Source of the DNA: the human T2T-CHM13v2.0 reference genome, Homo sapiens
NCBI RefSeq assembly: GCF_009914755.1
Contig: NC_060938.1
Direction: 5' to 3' (one strand)
DNA length: 64,000 bases
The notes under the pieces are model-generated. The model made no database searches, was not told the origin of the DNA, and was given only the letters and a program-made list of their open reading frames with translations. Shown here piece after piece: positions 1-13,200 of the stretch; within the stretch, counting starts at the first letter, position 1, and each line of letters opens with the position of its first letter. Position numbers and translations under genes: made by a program.

Positions 1-3000
1 TAGGATAAACTCTGTGAGTTGAATTCACAATTCACGAAGAAGTTTATCAGAATGCTACTGTGTAGTTTTTATTTGAAGATTTGTTTTGCACAATCTGCAT
101 CAAATTTCTCCAAATATCCAAACGCAGATTCTACAAAAAGAGTGTTTCAAAACTGCTCAATCAAAAGAAAGGATTAACTCTGTGAGATAAATGCACACAT
201 CACAAAGAAGTTTCTCAGAAAGCTTCTGTGTGGTCTTTAAGTGAAGATATTTTCTTTTAAAGAGTAGGCCTCATGCACTCCAAATATCCACTTGCAGATT
301 CTACAAAAAGAGTGTTTCAAAACTGCTCAATCATAAAATGAGTTCAAAAATGTGAGCTGAACGCACACATCACACAGAAGTTTCTCAGAATGCTTCTATG
401 TAGTTTTTATGTGAAGATATTTCCTTTTCCACAATAGGACTCAAAATGCCCCAAATATCCACTTGCAGATTCTACAACTAGAGTGTTTCAAATCTACTAA
501 ATCATAAGATAGTTTCAAATCTGTGAGATGAATGCACACATCACAAATATGTTTATCAGAATAATTCTGTGTAGTTTTTACATTAAGATATTTCGTTTTC
601 CACAATATGCCTCAAAGCACTCCAAATATCCACTTGCAGATTCTACAAAAATATTGTTTCAATACTGTTCAATCATAAGACAGGTTCAACTGTGTGAGAT
701 GAATGCAGACATCACAAAGAAGTTTCTCAGAATGCTTCTGTGAAGTTTTTATGTGAAGATATTTGCTTTTCCACAGTAGGCCTCAAAGCGCTCCAAATAT
801 GCACTTGAAGATTCTACAAAAACAGTGTTCCAAAACTGCTGAATCATAAGATAGGTTCAACTCTGTGAGTTGAATGCACACATTGCAAAGAAATTCCTCA
901 GAATGCTTCTGGGTGGTTTTTATTTGAAGATATTTCCTTTTCCTCCATAGGCCACAAAGGGCTCCAAATATCCACTTGCAGATCCTACAAAAAGAGGGAA
1001 TGAAAACTGCTCAATGAAAAGATAGGTTCAACTCTGTGAGTTTAATGCACATATCACCAAGTAGTTTCTCAGAATGCTTCTGTGTAGTTTTTATGTGAAG
1101 ATATTACCTTTTTCACAATAGGCCACATGGGCTCCAAATATACACTTGCACTTTCTACAAAAAGAGTGTTTCAAAACTGCTCAATCATAAGATAGGTTCA
1201 ACATTGTGAGATGAAAGCACACATCACAAAGAAGTTTCTCAGAATGCTTCTGTGTAGTTCTAATGTGAAGATATTTCCTTTTCCACCATAGGCCTCAAAG
1301 CGATCCAAACATCCACTTGTAGATAATACAAAAAGAGTGTTTCCAAACTGCTCAACCAAAAGAAAGGTTCAACTCTGTGAGATGAAGGCACACATGACCA
1401 AGAAGTTCGTCAGATACCTTTTTTGTAGTTTTTATGTGAAGGTATTTCCTATTCCACCATAGGCTGAAAAGGGCTCCAAATATCCTCTTGCAGATTCTAC
1501 AAAAAGAGAAATTCAAAGCTGTTCAATCAAAAGATAGTTTCTACTCTGTGCATTTAATGCACACTTAACAAAGTTGTTTCTCAGAATGCTTCTGTGTAGT
1601 TTTTATGTGAAGATATTCCTATTTCCACTATAGGCCTCAAAGCGCTCCAAATATCCACTTGCAGATTCCACAAAAATAAAGTTTCAAAACTGCTGAGTGA
1701 AAAGAAAGGTTCAAAACTGTGAGATGAATGCACATATCGCACAGAAGTTTCTCAGAATGATTCTGTGCAGTTTTTATGTGAAGATATTTCCTTTTCCACA
1801 ATAGGAATCTAAGCACTCCAAATATCAACTTGCAGATTGCACAGAAAGAGTGTTTCAAAACTGCTCAATCAAAAGAAAGGTTCAACTCTGTGAGATGAAT
1901 GCACACATCACCATGAAGTTTCTCAGAATTCTTCTGTGTAGTTTTTAATTGAAGATATTCCCATTTCCACCATACGCTTCAAATGCCTCCAAATATCCAC
2001 TTGCAGATTCTACAGAAAGAGAGTTTCAAAACTGTTCAATGAAAAGACAGATTCACCTCCATGAGTTGAATGCACACATCACAGAGAAGTTTCTCAGAAA
2101 GCTTCTGTGTAGTTTTTATATGAAGATATTTCGTTTTTCACAATAGGCTGCATGGGCTCCAAATATACACTTGCACTTTCTACAAAAAGAGTGTTTCAAA
2201 ACTGCTCAATCATAAGATAGGTTCAACATTGTGAGATGAAACCACACATCACAAAGAAGTTTCTCAGAATGCTTCTGTGTAGTTTTTATTTGAAGATATT
2301 TCCTTTTCCACCTTAGGCTGCATAGGGCTCCAAATATCCGCTTGCAGCTTCTATAAAAAGAGAGATTCAAAACTGATCAATAATAAGATAGGTTCAACCC
2401 TGTGAGTCGTATGCACACATCAGAAAGAAGATTCTCAGAAATCTTTTTTGTAGTTTTTATGTGAAGATATTTCCTTTTCCACAATATGCGTCAAAGTGCT
2501 CCAAATATCCAATTGCAGATTGTACAGAAAGAGTGTTTCAAAACTGCTCAATCAAAAGAAAGTTTAAACTTTGTGAGATGAAGGAACACCTCACAAAGAA
2601 GTTTCTCAGAATGCCTTTGTTTTATTTTAAGATATTTCCTTTTCCTCCATAGCCCGCAAAAGGCTCCAAATATCCACTGGCAGATTCTGCAAAAAGAGAG
2701 ATTCAAAACTGCTAAATCAAAAGATAGCTTCAACTCTTTGAATTCAATGCACACATCAGAAAGAAGTTTCTCAGAATTCTTGGTGTAGTTTTTATATGAA
2801 GATATTTTGTTTTCCATGATAGGCTGCAAAGGGTTCAAAATACTCACTTGCAGATTCTACAAAAACAGAGATTCAAAACTGCTCAATCAAAACATATGTT
2901 CAACTCTATGTGTTGAATGCACACATTACAGAGAAGTTTCAAAGAATGCTTCTGTGTAGTTTTTATGTGAAGATATATCCTTTTCCACAATAAGCCACAA

Positions 3001-6000
3001 AGAGCTCCAAATATCCACTTGCAGATTCTACAAAAACGGTGTTTCATAAATGCCCAATCATAAGATAGGTTCAACTCTGTGAGATAAATTCACATATCAC
3101 AAAGAAGTTTCTCAGAATGCTTCTGTGTAGTTTTTGTTTGAAGATATTTCCTTTTCCACCATAGGGTGCAAGGGGCTCCAAATATCCACTTGCAGATTCT
3201 ACAAAAAGAGAGATTTAAAACTGCTCAATCAAAAGATAGTTTCAACTCTATGCGTTAAATGCACACATCACAAAGAAGTTTCTAAGAAAGCTTCTGTGTA
3301 GTTTTTATATGAAGATATTTCTTTTTCCACCATAGGCCTAAAAGCACTCCAAATATTCACTTGCAGATTCTACAAAAAGAGTTTTTCAAAACTGCTCAAT
3401 CAATAGAATGTTCAACCCTGGTAGATTAATGCACACATCAAAAAGAAGTTTCTCAAAATGCCTCTGTGAAGTTTTCATGTGAGGATATTTGCTTTTCCAC
3501 AGTCAGCCTCAAATCACTCCAAATATCCACTTTCAGATACTACAAAAACAGTGTTTCAAGTCTGCTCCATCAAAAGAAAAGTTCAACTCTGTGAGATGAA
3601 TGCACACATCACAAAGAAGTTTCTCAGAATATTTCTGAGTAGTTTTAATGTGAAGATATCTTCTTTTCTAAAGTAGGCCTCAAAGCACTCCAAATATCCA
3701 CTTGCAGATTCTACAAAAACAGTATTTCAAAACTAGTCAATCAAAATAAAGTTTCAACTCTGTGTGGTGAATGCATTCATCACAAAGAAGTTACTCAGAA
3801 TGCATCCATGTAATTTTTAAGTGAGGATTATGTTTTTCCACAGTAGGCCTCAAAGCACTCCAAATAACCACTTGCAGATTCTACAAAAGTGTGTTTCAAA
3901 TCTCCTCAATAAAAAGAAAGATTCAAATCTGTGAGATGATTGCACACATCACAAAGAAGTTTCTCAGAATGGTTGTGTGTAGTTTTTATGTGAAGATATT
4001 TCCTTTTCCGCAGAAGGTCTCAGAGCTCTCCAAATATCCACTTGCAGATACTACAAAAACAATGTTTCAAATCTGCTCATTCGAAAGAAATTTTCAACAC
4101 TTTGAGATGAATGCACACATCAAAAAAGAGTTTCTCAAAATGCTTCTGTGTAGTTTTTATTGGAAGAAATTTCCTTTTCCACCATAGGCCAGAAGGGGCT
4201 CCAAATATCTACTTGCAGATTCTACAAAAAGAGAGATTGAAAACTGCTGAATCAAAAGATAAGTTCAACTCGGTGAGTTTAATGCACACATCACAAAGAG
4301 GTTTCTCTGAATCCTTCTGCATAGTTTTTATATGAATATTTTTTCTTTTTCACTGTAGGCCTCAAAGCGCTCCAAATATCCACTGGTGGATTCTACAAAA
4401 AGAGAGACTCAAATCTGCTCAGTCAAAAGAAAGGTTCAACTCTGTGAGATGAATGCACTCATCACGAAGAAGTTTCTCAGAATGCCTCTGTGTGGTTTTT
4501 TTCTGAAGATATTTGCTTTTCCACAGTAAGCCACAGAGCACTCCAAATATCCACTAGCAGATTCCACAAAAACAGTGTTTCAAAACCACTCAGTCAAAAG
4601 AAAGATTCAACTCTTTGAGATGAATGCACACATCACAAAGAAGTTTCTCAGAATGCTTCTATGTGGTTTTTATGTGAAGATATTACCTTTTCCACAATAG
4701 GACTCAAAGCACTCCAAGTATCCACTTGTAGATTCTACAAAGAGAGTGTTTCAAAACTGCTCAATCATAAGATAGGATCAACTCTGTGAGATGAATGCAC
4801 AAATCACAAAGAAGTTTCTCAGAATGCTTCTATGTAGATTTATTTGAAGATATTTCATTTTCCTCCAAAGGTCACAAAGGGCTCCACATATCCACATGCA
4901 GATTCTACAAAAACATAGATTCAAAACTGCTCAATCAGATGAGTTGAATGCTCACATCAAAAGTAGTTTGTCAGAATGCTTCTGTGTACTTTTTATGTGA
5001 AGATGTTTCCTTCTCCACAATAGGCCTCAAAGCCCTCCAAATATCTACTTGCAGATTCTAGAAAAATAGTGTTTCATAAGTGCTCAATCAAAAGAAAGTT
5101 TCAACTCCGTGAGCACACATCAGAAAGAAGTTTCTCAGAATGCTTCTGTGTAGTTTTCATGTGAAGATATATGCTTTTCTACAGTAGGGCTCAAGTATCT
5201 CCAAATACCCACTTGTAGATACTACAAAAAGAGTGTTTCAAAACTGCTCAATCCAAAGAAAGTTTCAACTCTGTGAGATGAATGCACATATCCCAAGAAA
5301 TTTCTCAGTATGTTTCTGTGTAGTTATTACGTGAAGATATTTCCTTTTCCATAACAGGCTTCAAAGCACTCCATATATCCTTTAGCAGATTGTACAAAAA
5401 GAGTGTTTGAAAAGTGCTCAATGATAAGATAGGCAAAAGAGATATTCAAAACAGCTCAATCAAAAGATAAGTTCAACTCTGTGAGTTGAATGCACACATC
5501 TTAAATAATTTTCTCAGAATGCTTCTGCGTAGTCTTTATTAGAAAATATTTCCTTTTCCAAAATAAGCCTCAAACCCTCCAAATATCCACCTGCAAATTT
5601 TACGAAAAGAGTGTTTCGAAACTGCTCAATGATATGATAGTTTCAGTTCTGTGAGATGAGTTCACACATCACAAAGAGGTTTCTCACAATGCTGTCGTAT
5701 AGAGTTTATTTCAATATATTTCCTTTTCCATCATAGGCCAATAAGGACTCCAAATATCCAGTTGAAGATTCTACAGAAAGAGAGATTCAAAACTGCTCAA
5801 TCAAAAGATTGGTTCAACTCTGTGAGTTGAATGCACACATCACAAAGTAATTTCTCAGAATGCTTCTGTGTAGTATTTAGGTGAAGATATTTCCTTTTCC
5901 AAAATAGGCCCCAAAGCCCTCCAAATATCCACTTGCAGATTCTACATAAAGAGTGTTACAAAACTGTTCAATCTAAAGAAAAGTTCAACTCTGTGTGATG

Positions 6001-9000
6001 AATGCACTCATCACAAAGAAGTTTCTCAGAATGCTTCTCTGTAGTTTTTATGTGAAGATATTTCCTTTTCCACAATAGGCCTCAAAGATTTCCAAATATC
6101 CACTTTCAGATTCTACAAAATAGTGTTTCAAAACTGCTCAATCATAGTATAGGTTCAACTCTGTGAAAAGAATGCACTCATCACAAAGAAGTTTCTCAGA
6201 ATGCTTCTGTGTAGTTTTTATATGAAGATATTTCCTTTTCCACCATAGGCCGAAAAGGGCTCAAAACATCCTCTTGCAGATTCTACAAAAAGAGAAATTC
6301 AAAACTGCTCAATCAAAAGATAGTTTCAACTCAGTGAGTTTAATGCACACTTAACAAAGGTGTTTCTCAGAATTCTTCTGTGTAGTTTTTATTTGAAGAT
6401 ATTTCCTTTTCCACAATAGGCCTCTAAGCACTCCAAATATCCACTTGCAGATTCTACAAAAAGAGTGTTTCAAAACTCCTCAATCAAACGAAAAGTTCAA
6501 CTCTGTGAGATGAAAGCACACATCACAAAGAAGTTTCTCACAATGGCTTTGTGTAGTTTTTTTGTGAAGATGTTTTCTTTTCCACATTAGACCTGAAAAC
6601 AATCCAAATATCCACCTGCAGATTCCACAAAAACGTTGTTTCAAAATTTCTCAATCAAAAGAAATCTTCAACTCTGTGAGATGAATGCACACATCACAAA
6701 GTAATTTCTCACAATGGCTCTGTGTAGTTTTTTTGTGAAGACATTTTCTTTTCCACAGTAGATCTGAAAGTGCTCCAAATATCCACTTGCTGATTCTACA
6801 AAAACAGTGTTTCAAAATTACTCAGTCAAAAGAAAGTTTTGACTCTGTGAGATGAATTCACATATTACAAAGAAGTTTCTCAGAGTGTTTCTGTGTAGTT
6901 TTTATGTGAAGATATTTCCTTTTCAACAAAAGGCATCAAAGCTCTCCAAGAATCCACTTGCAGATTCTAGAAAGAGAGTGTAACAAAACTGCTCATTCAT
7001 AAGATATGTTCAACACCGTGAGATGAATGTACACATTACTGAAGTTTCTCAGAATTCTTCTGTGTAGTTTATATTTGAAGATACTTCCTTTTCCCCCATG
7101 GGCTGCAAGGGCTCCAAATATACACTTTCAGATTCTACAAAAAGAGAGATTCAAAACTGCTCAATCAAAAGATAGGTTCACCTATGTGAGTTGAATGCAC
7201 ATCACAAAGTAGTTTCTCAGAATGCCTCTGTGCAGTTTTTATGTGAAGATATTTCCTTTTCCACAATAGGCCTCAAAGCGCTCTGAATATCCATTTACAG
7301 ACTCTACAAAAAGACTGTTTCAAAACTGCTCAATCAAAAGAAATGTTCAACTCTGTGAGATGAATGCACACATCTTAAAGAAGTTTCTCAGAATGCCTCT
7401 GTGTAGTTTTTATGTGAAGATATTTTCTTTTTCAGAGTAGGCCTCAATTGCTCCAAATATCCACTTGCAGATGCTACAAAAACACTGTTTCAAAACTGCT
7501 CAATCAAAAGAAATCTTCAACTCTGTGAGAGGAATGCACATATCACAGGGAAGTTTTCCAGAAAGCTTCTGTGTAGTTTTTATGTGAAGATATTTCCTTT
7601 TCCACAGTAGGCCTCATAATGCTCCAAGTATCCACTTACAGATTCTACAAAGAGAGTGTTTCAAAACTGCTCAATCAAAACATAGGTTCAACTTTGTGAG
7701 ATGAATACACAGATCATGAAGAAGTTTCTCTGAATGCTTCTGTGTACCTTTTCTTTGAAGATATTTCCTTTTTATTCATAGGCCACAAAGGCACCAAATA
7801 TCCAGTTGCAGATGCTACGAAGAGAGATTCAATACTGCTCAATGAAAAGATAGTTTCAACTATGTGAGTTGAATGCACATATCACGAAGAAGTTTCTCAG
7901 AATGCCTCAGTGTAGTTCTTATGTGAAGATATTTGTTTTTCCACAGTAGGCCTCAAAGCACTCTGAATATCCATTTGCAGATTCTATGAAAACAGCGTTT
8001 CAAAATTGTTCAATCAAAAGAAAATTTCAACACTGTGAGATGAATGCACGCATCACAAAGTAGTTTCTCAGAATGCTTCTGTGTAGTTTTTGTGTGAAGA
8101 TATTTTGTTTTCCACAATAGGCCACAAAGTGCTCCAAATATCCACTTGCAGATTCTACGAAAACCGCATTTCAAAACTGCTCTATCAAAAGAAAATTTCA
8201 ACTCTGAGATGAGTTCACACATCACAAAGAAATTTCTCACAATTCCTCCGTGTAGAGTTTACTTAAAGATATTCCCTTTTCCACCATAGGCCAATAAGGT
8301 CTCTAAATATCCAGTTGAAGATTCTACGAAAAGATTCAAAGCTGAACCATCAAGAGATTGGTTAAACTCTGTGAGTTGAATGCACATATCACAAAGATGT
8401 TTCTCAGAATGCTTCTGTGTAGTCTTTATGTAAAAATGTTTCCTTTTCCAAAATAGGCCTCAAAGCCCTCCAAATATCCACCTGCAGATTCTACAAAAAG
8501 AGCGTTTCAAATCTGCTCAATCAAAAAAATGTTAAAATCTGTGTGATGAATGTACACATCATAAAGAAGTTTCTCAGAATGCCTACGTGTAGTTTTTACG
8601 TGAAGATATTTCCTTTTCCACAATAGGCCTCAAAGCTGTCCAAATATCCACTTGCAGATTCTACAAAAAGAGTGTATGAAAACTGCTCTATCAAAAGATA
8701 GTTTCAATACTGCGAGTTGAATGTACACATCACAAAGAAGTTTCTCAGAATGTGTCTGTGTAGTTTTGACGTGAAGATATTTCCTTTTCCAAAATAGGCC
8801 TCAAAGCCCTCCAAATATCGACTTGCAGTTTCTAAATAAAGAGTGTTACAAAACTGTTCAATCAAAAGGAAATGTTCAACTCTGTGTGATGAATGCACTC
8901 ATAACAAAGAAGTTTCTCAGAATGCTTCTGTGTAGTTTTTATATGAAGATATTTCCTTTTCCACAATATACCTAAAAGCGCTCCAAATATAAACTTGCAG

Positions 9001-10270
9001 ATTCTACAAAAAGAGTGACTCAAAACTGTTCAATCGAAAGATAGGTTCAACTCTGAGTTGAATGCACACATCACAAAAAGTTTCTCAGAATGCATCTGTG
9101 TAGTTGTTATGTGAAGATATTTCCTTTTCCACACTAGGCCTCAAAGCTCTCTAAATATCCACTTGCAGATTCTGCAAAAAGAGAGATTCAGAACTGCTCC
9201 ATCAAAATATAGGTTCAATTATGTGAGTTGAATGCACATATCACAAAGAAGTTTCTCAGAATGCTTCTGTGTAGTTTTTATGTGAAGATGTTTCCTTTTC
9301 CGCAATTGGCCTCAAAGGTCTCCCAATATCCACTTGAACATACTTCAAAAAGGGAGATTCAAAACTGATCAATCAAAAGATAGGTTCGAGTCCATGAGTT
9401 GCATGAACGCCTCAAAAGGAAGTTTCTGAGAATGCTTCTGTGTAGTTATTATGTGAAGATATTTGCTTTTCCTCAATAGGCCTCAAAGCGCTCCAAATAT
9501 CCACTTGCAGATTCTGCAAAAAGAGAGATTCAAAACTGCTCAATCAAAAGATAAGTTCAGCTCTGTTTGTTGAATGCACACATAAATAAGAAGTTTCTCA
9601 GAATGCTTCTGTGTAGTTTTTATGTGAAGATATTTCCTTTTCCAAAAGAGGCCTCAAAGCCCTAAAAATATCCACTTCCAGATTCTACAAAAAGAGTGTT
9701 TCAAAACTGCTCAATCAAAAGAAAAGTTCAACTCTGTGTGATGAATGCACTCCTCACAAAGAAGTTTCTCTGAATGCTTCTGTGTAGTTTGTATTTGAAG
9801 ATATTTCCTTTTCCACCTTAGGGCACAAAGGGCTCCAAATATCCCCTTGCAGATTCTACAGAAAGAGAGATTAAAAACTTCTCAATCAAAAGATAGGTTC
9901 AACACTGTGAGTTGAATGTACTCATCACAACGAAGTTTCTCAGAATGCTTCTGTGTAGTTTTTATATGAAGATATTTCCGTTTCCACAATAGGACTCAAA
10001 TCGCTCCAAATATCCACTTGCAGATTCTACAAAAGCAGTGTATCAAAACTGCTCAATCAAAAGAAAGGATCAACTCTGTGAGATGAATGCATACATCTCA
10101 AAGTTTCTCAGAATGCTTCTGTGTAGTTTTTGTGTGAACATATTTCCTTTTCTACAATAGGCCTCAAAGTTCTCCAAATACCCACTTGCAGATTCTACAA
10201 AGAGTGTTTCAAAACTGCTCTATCAAAAGAAGTGTTTAACTCTGTGACATGAATGCACACATCACAAAGA
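1..10270 (-). repeat. Alpha-satellite, divergent monomeric layer X (minus orientation)
   Basis: Tandem ~171-bp units GAATGCACACATCACAAAGAAGTTTCTCAGAATGCTTCTGTGTAGTTTTTATGTGAAGATATTTCC...CCAAATATCCACTTGCAGATTC, the reverse complement of the alphoid consensus. Neighbouring monomers are divergent. Right boundary is approximate. Confidence 0.97.
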
Positions 10271-13200
10271 ATTTTCTCAGATTGCTTCTGCCTAGATTTT
10301 ATATGAAGATATTTCCTTTTCTAAAATAGGCCACAAAGCACTCCAAATATCCACTTGCAGATTCTACATAAAGAGTGTTTCCAAACTGCTGAATCAAAAG
10401 AAAAGTTCAACTCTGTGAGATGAACGAATGCATCACAAAGTGTTTCTCAGAGTTCTTCTGTCTTGTTTTTATGTGAAGATATTTCCTTTTCCACCATAGG
10501 CCTGAAAGTGCTCCAAATGTCCACTTGCAAATTCTACAAAAAGAGAGTTTCAAAACTCCTTAAAAAAAAAATGTTCAAACTCCGTGAGATGAATGCACAC
10601 ATCACAAAGAAGTTTCTCAGATTGCTTCTGTCTAGATTTTATGTGAAGATATTTTCTTTTCTACCATAGGCCGCAAAGCGCTCCAAATGTCCACTTGCAG
10701 ATACTACAAAAAGAATGTTTCCAAATTGCTCAATCAAAAGAAAGGTTCTACACTGTAAGATGAATGCACACATCTCAAAGAAGTTTAACAGAATTCTTCT
10801 GTCTAGTTTTTATGTGAAGATATTCCCTTTTCCACCATAGTCTTCAAAGCACTCCAAATGTCCAGTTGCAGATTCTGCAAAAAGAGTTTCAAAACTGCTC
10901 AATCAAAAGAAAAGTTTAACTCTGTGAGATGAATGCACACATCACAAAGAAGTTTTTCAGATTCCTTCTGTCTGGATTTTATGTGAAGATATTTCCTATT
11001 CTACCAATGACCGTAAAGCGCTCCAAATGTGCACGTGCAGATTCTACAAAACGAGTGTTTCCAAACTGCTCAATCAAAAGAGAGACACAACTCCGTGAGA
11101 TGAACACACACATCACAGAGAAGTTTGTCATAATTCTTCTGTGTAGTTTTAAACTGAAGATATTTCCTTTTCCACCATAGGCCTCAAAACACTCCAAATG
11201 TCCAATTGTAGAATCTACAAAAATAGAGTTTCCAAACTGCTCAATCAAACTAAAGTTTCAACTCTCTGAAATGAAAGCATTCATCACAAAGAAGTTTCTC
11301 AGAATTCTTCTGTCTACTTTCTATGTGAAGATATTTGCTTTTACACCATAGGACTCAAAGCGCTCCAAATGTCCACTTGAAGATTCCACGAAAAGAGTGT
11401 TTCCAAAATGCTGAATCAATTGAGACGTTCAACTCTGTGAGATGAACGCACACATCATAAAGAAGTTTCTCAGAATTCTTCTGTCTAGTTTTTATGTGAA
11501 GATACTTCCTTTTCTTCCATAGGAATCAAAGGGCTTCAAATGTCCCTTTGCAAATTCTACAAATAGAGAGTTTCAAAACTGCGCAATCAACAGAAAGTTT
11601 TAATTCTGTAAGACTAATGTACACATCATGAAGAAGTTTCTCAGATTGCTTCTTTCTAGATTTTATGTGAAGATATTTCCTTTTCTACCATAGGCCGCAA
11701 AGCCTTCCAATTTCAGATTCTACAAAAAAAGAGTTTCAACACAGTTCTATAAAAAGAAAGCCTTAAATCTATGAGATGAATGCATACATCACAATGAAGT
11801 TTCTCAGATTCCTTGTGTCTAGATTTTATGTGAAGATATTCCCTTTTCTATGATAGACCTCAAAGCACTCCAAATGTCCACTTTCATATTCTACAAAAAG
11901 AGGGTTTCCAAACTGCTCAATAAAAAGAAAGGTTTAACTCTGGTAGATGAATACACACATCGCAAAGATGTTTCTCAGATTGCTTCCGTCTAGATTTTAT
12001 CTGAAGATATTTCCTTTTCTATTAGAGGCTGCAAAGTGCTCCAAATATCCACTTGCAGATTCAACAAAAAGAGTTTTTCCAAACAGCTCTATCAAAAGAA
12101 ACGTTCAACTCTGTGAGATGAATGCACACATCACAAAGAAGTTTCTCAGAATTCTTCTGTCTAGTTTTTATGTTCCTTTTCCACCATAGGCCTCAAAGTG
12201 CTACAAATGTCCACTTGCAGATTCTACAAAAAGAGTGTTTAAAAATTGCTCAATCAAACGAAAGTTTCAACTCTGTGAGATGAACGCACACATCATAAAG
12301 GAGTTTCTCAGAATGCTTCCATATAGTTTTTATGTGAAGATATTGCTTTTTTCATGATTGGCGTCAAAGAGCTCCAAATGTACACTTGCAGATTCTACAA
12401 AAAGAGAGTTTAAAAACTGCTCAATCAAAAGAAAGGTTAAAGTGTGTGAGATGAAGGTGCACAACACAAAGAAGTTTCTCAGATTGCTTCTGTCTAGATT
12501 TTATGAGAAGATATTTTCTTTTCTACTACAGGCCACAAACTGTCCAAATTTCCCCTGCAGATTCTACAAAAAGTGTTTCCAAACTGCTCAATCAAAAGAA
12601 AATTTCAAATCAGTGAGGTGAAAGCACACATCACAAAGAAATTTTTCAGAATTCTTCTGTCTTGTTTTTATGTGAAGATATTTCCTGTTCCACCATAGGC
12701 CTCAAAACGCTGCAAATGTCCAATTGCAGATTCTACATTAATAGAGTTTCAAAATTGCTCAACCAAAAGGAAGGTTTAATTTTGTGAGATGAATGCACAC
12801 ATCACAAAGAAGTTTCTCAGATTGCTTGTGTCTAGATTTTATGCAAAGATATTTCCTTTTCTACCATAGGCAGCAAAGCGCTCCAAATGTCCACTTGCAG
12901 ATTCTACAAAAAGAGTGTTTCCAAACTGCTCAATCAAAAGGTTCAACTCTGTGAGATGAACGCACCCATCACAAAGAAGTTTCTCACAATTCTTCTGTCT
13001 AGTTTTTATGGGAAGATATTTCCTTTTCCACCATAGGCAACAAAGCGCGCCAAATGTCCACTTGCAGATTCCAGCAAAAGAGAGATTCAAAACTGCTCAA
13101 TCAAAAGAAAGGTTTAACTCTTTGAGATGAATGCACACATCACAAAATAGTTTCTCGTATTGCTTCTGTCTAGATTTCATGTGAAGATGTTACCTTTTCT

